A stretch of DNA of 63,583 bases, the filler included, from Octopus bimaculoides (Eukaryota), in the NCBI RefSeq assembly GCF_001194135.2. It is 3 parts of 3 records of this genome, joined end to end, with 100 filler letters (N's around TTAATTAATTAA, not from the genome) between each part and the next. Parts side by side here need not be neighbours in the genome. Positions count along the whole stretch, not along the records: positions 1 to 29,996 come from NC_068994.1; 2 more parts are not named here. One strand, written 5' to 3'. Both the position numbers and the translations under genes were made by a program. Shown one piece after another: positions 12,301 through 24,300 of this stretch (position 1 is the first letter of the stretch; every line of letters starts with the position of its first letter). The notes beneath the pieces were generated by a model. The model saw nothing but the letters and a program-made list of their open reading frames with translations. It did not search any database and was not told the origin of the DNA.

Positions 12301-15300
12301 TTTTAGAATTCAATATACATATGCTTCAGAATAAGCACTGGTTGGATATAGAGCATAATATAAAATTAGAGAAATGACAGAGGAACAGGAAATTATGTGT
12401 TGCACTCAAAGCTGAGTGCTTCTGCATCAGCTTATAGCTTCCTAGAGTTCCAAAATGAGTGCATTACATCTTATAGCATGGAGGTACAATGGCCCAGTGG
12501 TTAGGACAGCGAACTCGTGGTCCTCCGACCGCGGTTTCAATTCTATAGACAGGGCGTTGTGTGTGTATATTGAGCGAAAACACCTAAAGCTCCACGCAGC
12601 TCCAGCAGGGGGTGGTGGCGACCCCTGTTGTACTCTTTCACCCCAACTTTCTCTCACTCATTCTTCCTGTTTCTTGAGTAAAGCTGCGATAGACTGGCGT
12701 CCCATCGAGCTGGAAGGAACACATACGCGATAGAAACCGAGAAACCGGGCCCATGAGCCTGGCTAGGCTTCAAAAGGGTGCAAAGAAAAAAGAACATCTT
12801 ATAGCAGAAACAACTGTAAGCTAATAAAGTTCTTGCATAATTTCCTGTTTATTTGTCATTTACTTAATTATGTGTGCGTGTATGTATATTGATGAAATAA
12901 ATACCAGTAATATACTGGGGTAAATTTAATTAACATCCTTCCCTCTTTTATTAAATACTATCCTCATTATCATCGTCTTTAAATTTCAGACTGCTTAACA
13001 GATGTTCGTCAGAATTTGGCTGCTCCAAAACAGATTGGCAAACAGGATAGTTCAGACAGCTTATCAGAGTTACTGAACAATACTGAAACTTCAGTATTGG
13101 AGCAAATTAAATCTGTTCTCGCCAACTTACAGGTATGCCATAGATATTGTCTGTCTGTATGTTTGTCTGTCTGTATGTATGTATGTATGCAAGGGGGTAT
13201 TTAAAAGTTTCTGGTTTCAAGGGTATCGCGAAAGTCCTGGTTGGAAGCCCAACCTTCTGAATTCTTTTACAGGGCTTAGAAAAACTGAGAGACCACTGCA
13301 ATAAGTGTGTGAATATGTATATATATGATATTTACCATGTGCCCTACAATGAGAAAGATATGGTTCCTTGACACATGTAATTTATTTTATGGGTAAAAAG
13401 GTTAAGAAACACTGATGTACAGGGCACATTTTTCATACCGTTTGCACTAGTGAGGCCATCTTGCATTTTGCAAGACTACAAACTCTGGGGTGAAGGGGCT
13501 AGAGCAGAATTGGTTTCTGGGAAATCACCACAGAATCTAAAAAACTGGCCTTATGGAGCCTATATATATATATATATATATATATGTCTGTATGTATGTA
13601 TGTATGTATGTACACATACACTCACGCATTATAGGCTTCAACAAACCATGACATCTAACCCACATACTGATTGGTCAAAATACAATTTGTAAGATTCAGT
13701 CTGCTTGAAGCCTAACAGTTGGTACTTAAAGTACAAATTTCATCATTTCACTACAGTTGTCAATTGTGAGACATGACTGTCACTTCTACTACATAAACCT
13801 GATGATTGCATAACGCATGAAAGTACTAGTGTTATAATAAATATATAATATTCTATTATTATAATATTTTAAAATTGTAAAAATTGTAAATAATGAAATG
13901 TGAAAATCAGATAGGTTTTAATTTCATTGATTAATATATTCTTCTATACACAATCATACAAACTTGGATGTATATATATGTATATATCGGTCACTAGATG
14001 TCCTTTTATAATCTTTATTACTGATATGACATAATATGTCATATGTGTTTGTATATTGTTTTTATTGTCCTGTCCTCTTAGTTGAAAAATAAACAGGTAA
14101 ATTGACATAATACAATGTCTGCAAGTTAATGAGTACAACATTTTCCCCTCCATTTTCTTATTGCTATATATATATATTATCAGGTGGGTTACACTACTTA
14201 AAGAATACCAGGTAATTTTTGCTAGACTTGCCATTCAGAAAGTTCTGTGGGGTCACAGTTTTCCATGATCTGTTTGTTTATATCTTTGAATATTGGATGT
14301 TAGCATTCTTTTCAGCTACATAAATTGTTTCTCTTCTTTTTAAATGAGGTGTTTTTACAGCTTCTACATAAAAAAATCAATTTTTAGCTAACTGTCATCA
14401 TCATCATCGTTTAACGTCCGCTTTCCATGCTAGCATGGGTTAACATTTATAGAATTTGATCAAAAATTAATCTCTTAAAAATGTTATTTGTGATTTAAAA
14501 ATTGTAACAAATATAACAATAAAAATATTAGGCTTGGAACTGATATTTTGAGTTTGTGTAGATACTGTCGCAAGTTTGGTGATCTCTGTCCTTGATGAAA
14601 TTTGTCTTAAATTGGTTCTTTGTTCATTTTTACAGGCCTTTATTTCCCCTGATATTACTTTTGCTATGAAGCCATACTTCAGGGGCCCTTTCTGTATACA
14701 AGATGTGAGAGAAGGCATTCTTACTAACTTTATCAGGCATATATGCCAAGTTTGTTCTGTGAGTACTTTTTGTTGTTAACAATGATTTCTTCTCTTTTTT
14801 TTTTTTTTAACTCTTTTGTTATCATACTTCTGTTGAAATACACTGATTTTGTTTCAATTAATTTTGAAAATAAGGAAGAAATTATTAGAATAATTTTGTC
14901 ATTATCAAGCTGGTGTTTGGAACATAAATTATCTTGAAGCAATAGTGGAAGATTTTAATTTTGATCATATTAGAGCAGAAAGTTTGTATCATACAATCAG
15001 ATGCAGTTTCAGGCAGTTTCGTATCAAAGGATTAAATGATGAATGCTATTTCTTTTCAGAAGGGCACACAACTCTGAAATAAATAACTGTCACTTTGGTG
15101 ACGTAATATTTTCCATTTAGTGTAAATACATACCAACTTTATGTATACAAAGTAGATTTATTGCTGTAGCTTTTCTTGTTAGCAGCTGCACCATATGTAT
15201 CCATCATTGAATAATTCAGAAGAAAAAGACAGTGAACAAATGAGGTGTTCATAGAATACCTTGCAGTATTCATTACAGCTTAATGTGCTTTGAATTCAAA

Positions 15301-18300
15301 TCCCATTATCATTGTCATCATCATCATTATTTAATCTGTCTTTCATGGTGGCATGGGTTGGATAACTCAACAGAATCCAACAAGTCAATGGACTGCTCCA
15401 GTGTCTGCTTTGGTGTGGTTTCTGCAGCTGGCTGTTCTCTTTAATGCAATCACTTTATAGAGGGTACTGGATGCTTTTTTGTGGCACCAACACAAGTGAG
15501 GTCACCATGTCACTTGCAAAATTAATATCCCTCTCAACTGAGAAGGACTATTGTAGAGAGGGAAATGGCTTCATGCTAGAGGTTGAAGTGTGAAAGGAAG
15601 AGCAGGCACAAGTTTCTTACTATAGGAGAGATACATGGCTCTCTCACATTATAGGACTAAATGGGAGTCATCATCATCTTTTAATGTCTGCTTTCCATGC
15701 TGGCATGGGTTGGACGGTTTGACCAGAGCTAGCAAGCCAGAGAGCTGCACCAGGTTCGAGTGATTTTCTAACCTGCCACCAGCACAAATGCTAGAAGGCA
15801 TCTGTGTATAGTGATATTATATAGATATGTGTATAGATGCTATTAGTTACATGTGTTTGGAGGTATTGAGGTGTATGTCATTTCTCTTTTTTTTTTTTTT
15901 TTTTTTTTTTNNNNNNNNNNGAGGTATTGAGGTGTATGTCATTTCTCTTTTTTTTTTTTTTTTTGTTTCAGGATTTCTGTGAAGGTGCTGCTGAACGAGG
16001 GTCTATTCCACCTTCCTTGTTATTAATTCTCTCAAGACTCTGTGAAGATTTCAGTAATTCCATCATATCACATTTGGTGAGTGTACTCTAACACATACAC
16101 ATATTTAAAAGTGATGACTGCTACATAACAGTCACTCTCCAGTTTTAAAGATGTTGTGAGATTGTGTAGATCAGATATTCTCAACTAGGGTCCATATGGC
16201 CCTTGGTGGGAGTCTATATAAGATTTTGTTAAGGTTTATGTGCAATAAATTGGTTACACTTCTGTAATACACATAATATTTTGACAGTTTTTTTTTTTTA
16301 TACAATTCCTAATAATATTTAATTATAAAAATATAAAAAAGATCCCCTTCGGTCATGAATGACCATGGGATTGCACCTATATAGGAAGATTAACTGTAAA
16401 TTTCCGTTTAGCTATGAAGGCACATGGCTCAGTGGTTAGAGCATCAAGCTCACAGTCATGTGGTCGTGAGTTCGATTCCCCTGGACCAGGCTATGCATTG
16501 TGTTCTTGGACACAGACATTTTATTTTGTGTTACTCCAGCTCACTCAGCTGTTGACATGAGTTGCAACATCACTGGTGCCAAGCTGTATCAGCCTTTGCC
16601 TTTCCCTTGGATAACATCGGTGGTGTGGAGAGGAGAGATTGGTATGCATGAGGGATTGCTAGTCTTCCCTCAACAACCTTGCCCGGACTTACGCCTTGGA
16701 GGGTAACTTTCTAGGTGCAATCCCATGGTCATTCATGACTGAAGGGATCTTTACAACTAACTTGGTCATGTGCTGTTCATACATACTGGGCCAAACCTTG
16801 CTTTCTTACACACATATATACAAATGCATGGTCATTAAATACACATACACATAAAATTTTTGTTCACTTTTTTATTTGGTGTATTTTGCTTTCTCTTTCC
16901 CTCTTAGACTTTCTAACACTCTTGTCATTCCATTATCCATGCTTCATCATCCTATGAAACATTTCTCTAAGTAATTTGTGCAATAACCCCTTTTCTATCC
17001 AACAGGTTGTGCTGACTGAAGAACAACTTCTGATGGAAGACACAACTGGAGTAACTCCTATATCCAAATTATGTGAGGAGGCAAAATGTGCTGCCCAGAA
17101 GCTTTTAAACCATTATGTTCGAATACAAGGACTTACTATTTCCCAGGTACATCATTTCAATAGGATCTTTGAGAAGTCTCTTTTTAATGTAATGATATGG
17201 GATTTATACATGTGTGTGTGTGTGTGAGAGAGACATACGTACCTTCATGTGTGTGAGAGAGATACGTACTTTTGTGTGTGAGAGAGAGATACGTACTTTG
17301 TTAGAATGTTATCTTAATTAGATAGTATGATAAAAGGTATTTTCTGAATGTCAAAGGTGTGGCTATGTGGTTAAGAAGTTTGGTTCACGACTGCATGGTT
17401 TCAGGTTCAGCCCCACTTTGTGGTACCATGAGCAGGTGTCTTCTACTATTACCTCAGGCCAACCAAAGTTTTGTGAGTGTATTTAGTAGATGGAAACTAA
17501 AAGTAGTGCATTGTCTTTGCCATCATCATCCTCATTTAACATCCGCTGTCCATGCTGGCATGGGTTGGACGGTTTGACCAAAGCTGGGGAGCTGCATCAT
17601 ATTCCAGTCTGATTTGTCATGGCTTCTATGGCTGGATGCCTTTCCTAAAGCCAACCAGTTTACAGAGTGTGCTTGGTGCTATTACATGACACTGCCACAA
17701 GTGTTTTACACCAACAGAGGGACCAGTCTTAACACCTCTGCTGCAGTATATGGATCTTTTTGAGTACAGCAATGCGCCAGGCATCTCGGTCCTTTGTCAT
17801 CTCACATGAAAGGTTCAGCATCCTATGTATATCATCATCATTGTTTAATGTCCTCTTTCCATGCTGGCATGGGTGGGACTGTTTGACAGGAGCCTACCAG
17901 ATAGAAGCCTGCACCAGACTTCTGTGACTTTTGGCAGGATTTTTACAGCTGGGTGTAGAGTGGTCTTAGTGCTTTTTACATGGCAAAAGCACAAGCGAGG
18001 TCAGTTTTGGCAAGGCTTTTACTACTGGGTGCCCTTCTAAATGCCAGCCACTTTACAGTCTGGACTGGATGCTTTTTAAGTGTCACCTGCACTGACAGGG
18101 TCACCAAGTAACTTGCAAGACAAAAATCTTTTGAGAGAGGAGGGAGGGGGTCATTGGAGGAGGTGATCTTGTGTCAGACGTTGAAAGGTTATAGTGAGAC
18201 AGAGAGACAGAAACAGATGTCTTGCTATAGAGGAGGTACAAGGTTACCTGGCCAGACAGAGAGAGAGAGATCAGGAATGAGGACAGAAACAGGTGTACTG

Positions 18301-21300
18301 CCACAAAGGAGATACATGGTTACCCATCTTGAGGGAAGTACAGGAGAAGGATAGTGAGAGTGGAAGATAGCAGGACAGAGATGCTGGCAAAGTGCCTGGC
18401 ATACTCACAAGGGATGGGGATCAGAATATAAATGGGATAGTCGAGTAAAGGCAGAGAGAGATATAGATGGTGGAAAGTGCTAGGGCATACCTTTGAGGTT
18501 CAAAGGTCATAATACAAGTGGTTAAGAGCGCAGGCTACTAACCCCAAGATTCCGAGTTCGATTCCAGGCAGTGACCTGAATAATAAGAATAATAATAACA
18601 ACATCGAAAAATACCTTAGGAATGAGAACCCAGGTTCAAAATTTCCCCAAGACACCTGATGAAGGCTGGAAGGTATATCAGCCGAAAAGTTGTGTCAACA
18701 ACAAACAAGATGAGGACAAATATTCGTCAATTGTAAATAATGTAAATAATTCCTCATCTCTTAAATATAGAACTGTATAGCAGGATATTGCCAAAGAAGC
18801 ATGATTGGAGAGTGGGGAGGGGAAGTGAGTGGTGGGAACCTGGGTATATAGTGGGTAGGGTACTGGATAACAATGACAGAGAGAATTAGTGCCATGAGGA
18901 CAGAATTGGGGAGTGAGAGGTAGGCATAGTGCATAAAAGAGGAAATGTGAGGAAGAGAAGAGATGTAGATTGGTTTATTGGGGTAGGGTGTGTGAAATGT
19001 TTTCTTATGTGTGGGTTACAGATCAGGGGCTAGCGGATAGCAGTGATACACTGAGACAGGGTCAAGGAGTTGTAAATAAGTGTTGTTTGTTTCCAACCTT
19101 CCATGAGAAATATGTCTGGTTATTTGGAAATATTACCTTGCTTGGAAATGGATATGAGTTAATGACAGCAAGAGCATCTGGCCATTAGATAATCTGCTTC
19201 AGTAATCTCCATCTGACCTGTGCTAGCATTAAGACTATGATGATGATGACATCTTGTTCATCAGCATCTTGGTTTTCTTTTTCTTTTTTTTTTTAAACTT
19301 CAATTTATAAAACATACTGTGTTGATGCGGAACTAAATTTTTGACTTGCTCTCTCTTGACCATTGAAGATGTTGCGCAAGAGTGTGGAGACACGAGACTG
19401 GCTTCATACGATTGAACCCCGAAATGTCCGAGCTGTGATGAAACGTGTGGTGGAAGACATAACTGCCATTGATGTGCAAGTGGGACAGCTGTATGAAGAA
19501 GGGATCCGTAAGGAGCGTAGCAGTGACTCCAGCCGTCGGACACACAGCTATAGTCTTTCTCAGCAGCAGAGACGACCACAGTGGAACTTTACTCCCAGGT
19601 AAATGCATCCCAATCCTAAATTCGAAGCTAAGCATTTACAGATAGCCACCATACACACACACGCACATAGATATCTGCATATATACACGCACACACACTC
19701 CCACTCACTCACAGAGGAAAGCATTGATTGATCCATTAGACCAGGGGTTTTCAAACTTTTTGACTTGTGGACCCCTTTATATTTCAGGTTTTACCTTAGG
19801 GACCCCCTTATAAACGCTTATGAAATTTATACATAAATATTTGCTTAAAATATCATTTATTTTTACATTTATTTATTTAACAGTATTTAACAAATAGGCT
19901 TATTGTCAATTAAAAGATTTCGATTAAAAACCATACATGAAATCAAATTGCCTATAAAAAGTATTTGCTGTCCTTGCAGACCCCCTGTGGTCCGGGGACC
20001 ACAGTTTGAAAACCCCTGCATTAGACTGCTATTTTGGCTCAAGCATACAATTATGTTATTGCTCATAAATGTTTCTAATAACAAACAAACAAACAAACAT
20101 CTGATAAGAATGAGTAAGATTATGTTTCACTGAGAACCTTCTAAATCTAATCTAAGACAAGAAAATATCGAGAGTTGTCAAGCTATAAATCAGACTCATT
20201 CTCCTCTACATACCCTCATTCCTTCTTTAATTTTCCCTCCCTCCATCCACCCATTTTAACTACCCACTATTTGTGGTGAATAGAGTCTTCAGGCAGAGTT
20301 ACTACAGTCCTATCGGAAGCAACTGTCATTAAACTTTTTTACTGGATTCCCAGGCAAGACCAACTGAGAGTATGGATATATTATCCAACCAGCTCATTCT
20401 TGGTCCAGCCTTAGGTCTCCTATCAGTTGGTTCAGCTTGAAGAATCTGTCTTGCAATTCCTTCCTGCAGCAATCTAACCATACATGTATTACTGGCACTG
20501 TGACTTCTCAATGCAAAATAGCAGCAGCAACAGGTCAGCCTGGAGAGACTCTCTAATTTCCTTGTCAGTTATACTTTTGAGCTTAGGTCTCTTGGTAGAA
20601 TCATTAGTGTTGAACAGTAACGCCTTGTGATTCTTTCAGCCCTTTCTGTCCCAAGTTCTATAGTGGTAGATTCAATCAGATGCCTGGTTTAATTCACCAC
20701 CGTCTGTTTCCTGGATAACACTAGTAAAGTTTACTCCACTGTGAGCATTCAGGCCAGATCTCCAGTTTGTGGATATTTTCTTCTTTTCCTTCTACTAGTC
20801 TTGGAGACCCTAAAAACATAAAGATTCAAAGCCGTTGCCCTTCTGGTTATGAGACATTTCAGCACAGCTGTTTTGGTGCTGCCTGTTTAGCCTGGCTGAT
20901 TTGATGCTGACTTATTTGACATCAGACATGTTAACATCTCACTCTGTCTGTCTCTCTCTTTCCCTCTCCATGTATACATTTCTACATGTGCATGTGTGTG
21001 TATGTTTGCTTCTTGTGCCGAAATGTATCCTCACCAAAGCGCTAGATGTGCTGTCATCTCTACCAAATCATCAGCATCCAAACAGCCACACCCAATCATC
21101 TCATTCCATGCCCTTCTCTCATCATCATCATCATCGTCGTCGTTTAATGTCCACTTTCCATGCTAGCATGGGTTGGACGATTTTACACCAGGCTCCAATC
21201 TGATTTGGCAGATTGGATATGTGAATAAAGTTGATTTTATGGAAAAATTAATAAATATGGGGAGAATGATGATTCTATAAATTAATAAGTATATAAATAT

Positions 21301-24300
21301 AAGGGAGTTATTAGTAAAACAAATTGGTAATATTCAACCTAAATGAGAAATAGATGAGTAAACTATAATTAATTGTAAGCTAGATTGATTAATAGCTTGG
21401 ATTCTACCTAAAATTGAGCTAATAAAAGCTGATGAAATTATAATGATATAATTGGAATTAATAAAAGATAATATAAATAGTGGTGCTAGTTTTTGTCAAG
21501 TTAAAATTAAGAATAATATTATTCATCTTATNNNNNNNNNNNNNNNNNNNNNNNNNNNNNNNNNNNNNNNNNNNNNNNNNNNNNNNNNNNNNNNNNNNNN
21601 NNNNNNNNNNNNNNNNNNNNNNNNNNNNNNNNNNNNNNNNNNNNNNNNNNNNNNNNNNNNNNNNNNNNNNNNNNNNNNNNNNNNNNNNNNNNNNNNNNNN
21701 NNNNNNNNNNNNNNNNNNNNNNNNNNNNNNNNNNNNNTTACGTGCCACCGGCACAAAGGCAAGTCAGGCAGTACTGGCAACGGCCACGCTCAAAATGGTG
21801 TATTTTATGTGCCACCCGTACAAGATCTCGCTCGAAAGTCCTTATACATGCCGCGGGCACAAGTGCCAGAAAGGCGACGCTGGGCACAGGTGCCATCACG
21901 ATTTCGCTTTCGCTTGCCCCAATAAGTCTTCGCAAGCTGAGTTTCGTGTCCAATGAAGGAGACGACGTTGGCATGGGTGCCAGTCATCGAATTTAACTTG
22001 ATTTCGATTTCACTTGCCTCAACAGGTCTTCACAAGTGGAGTTTAGTGTCCACTAACTAAATAAATTGATACACACAACCACACACAAGCGTACACAACC
22101 ATATGTACAAAACTATTTACTCATAAATACATGCTGATACAATTTGTTTTTGTATATATTTGTCTGTATAGACAAACACACACCTAGCTCTCCGTTGGTT
22201 AGGACAACAAATGTTCCAGCTGATCCCAATCAGCAGAACAACCTGCTCGTGAAATTAACATGCAAGTGGCCCTTAATGTAATTCTCAAAGGGATTCAGTG
22301 TGACACAGAGTGCAACAAAGCTGGCCCTTTGAACCACAGGTACCATTCATTTTTGCCAGCTGAGTAGACTGGAACAACAAGAAATAAAGTGTCTTGCTCA
22401 AGGACACAGCATGCTGCCAGGAATTGAACTCCTGACCTTATGACTGTGAGCCGAAAACCTTAGTCATTAAACCATACACCTATTATGAGACATGCAAATA
22501 CATTTTAAGCCATAAGTGTTTTTTGTTTATTTTTTTTTTTCCAGCATAGACAACAGCTTGATCAGTAATATCCAGAAACTGTTTTCTGAGAAAATTGAAA
22601 TCTTCTCTCCAGTTGAGTTCTCCAAAGTTTCAGTTCTCACAGGCATCATTAAAATCAGTTTAAAAGTAAGTGCTTACTGCTTTTGTCTTTTATCTTTTAC
22701 TTGTTTCAGTCATTGGTCTATGGCCATGCTGAAACACTGCTTTCGAAGGGTTTAGTGAAACAAATCAAACCTAGCATTTATTTTTTTTCCTTTTAAGTCT
22801 GGTACTTATTCCTGTTGGTGTCTTTTGCTACAGTGGAGGCGCAATGGCCCAGTGGTTAGGGCAGCGGACTCGCAGTCATAGGATCGCAGTTTCAATTCCC
22901 AGACCGGGTGTTGTGAGTGTTTATTGAGCGAAAAACACCTAAAAGCTCCACGAGGCTCCGGCAGGGGATGGTGGCGAACCCTACTGTACTCTTTCACCAC
23001 AACTTTCTCTCACTCTTTCTTCCTGTTTTTGTTGTGCCTGTAATTCAAAGGGTCAGCCTTGTCACACTGTGTCACACTGAATATCCCCGAGAACTACTTT
23101 AAGGGTTCATGTGTCTGTGGAGTGCTCAGCCACTTGCACGTTAATTTCACGAGCAGGCTGTTCCGTTGATCGGATCAACTGGAACCCTCGACATCGTAAG
23201 CGACGGAGTGCCAACATCTTTTGCTGCAGAATCTACACTCAGAATGTAAAGGCAGACAAAAGACCACTAAGCATTTTGCCTGGTGGGCCAACTTGATTCT
23301 AATAATTCTGCTTACTTGCTGCCTTAGAATATTTGGATATTGTATCTGGGTTAGGCAGTGATAGAATGTTACAGCTAGTAAGTAATGAGGCAAACACTAC
23401 TGGAATGCTGAACTTATTAATAGACGAAGCTGTGCTTTCTTTTTTAAGTTCGTCACTTCAGTTTCTGTAAAATCTGTGAAGAAGTCAGTAACTATTGCGC
23501 TGACAAGAACAGTTTTGATAGTGGAAACCATTTTGAAACAAGACAAAGTAAAAGCAAGTTCAGTTGAAGCTCCAGTGAGCAGCCCTTGCATTTTCATTCA
23601 TTGAAGAATACAACAGTAACTAAAGCAGGATTCATTTTTAACTTGTTGAACTATGATTTGAAAATAGTAAAATTGTGAAACAGAAATCAGAAATATCCCC
23701 TCAAAATTTCATTACTCTTAAGTCCAGAAAGCAGTTTTATTTACCAAGCTATCTTTTGTTGAGGAATGCCTTGTTTGAAACTATTTCTTGTTAAGATATA
23801 TCAAGGTTATTTTGTCAATGTGACTAACAGAAAATACCAATTTTAATTTTACATCATTACAGGAATAACCATGAAATTTAATTTCACAGTTAAAGAGTTA
23901 AAATTTAATATTTCCCAAATATGAATTGAAATTGGAGGAAGCAAAAATCTCTTTAATGACCTAAACACACACATATCTGAATTTATCATTCAGTAACTGG
24001 AGATTATCAATATAAGAAGGAAAATAATAATAATCCTTTCTACTATAAGCAAAAGGTATGAAATTTTGGGAGAGGCAGGGTTAGTCAGTTACATCAATTT
24101 CAAAAGTAATGTATTTAGATTTTTCATTTAGTTTTCTTCTTTTTGTCCTACACTAACCTAATTTCAACTGGTATTTTGATTTTTTTTTTTTTTTGTTACA
24201 AGACTTTCCTTGAATGTGTCCGGCTGAGAACATTTGGTCGCTATGGCTTGCAACAAATTCAAGTTGATACCCACTATCTTCAGCTGTACCTGTGGAGATT

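Noticed and set aside
15860-15965. Direct duplication gaggtattgaggtgtatgtcatttctc(T)n
   Set aside because: The copies flank a 10-N gap at a poly-T run; an unmerged contig overlap.
19235-19635. Minus-strand ORFs over the conserved VPS51 exon, and minus-strand ORFs within 36017-40746
   Set aside because: Antisense shadows of real coding exons, with no independent splice or homology signal.
22834-22910. SINE heads as tRNA genes
   Set aside because: A/B boxes are present, but there is no complete cloverleaf with acceptor stem and each runs into a shared repeat body.
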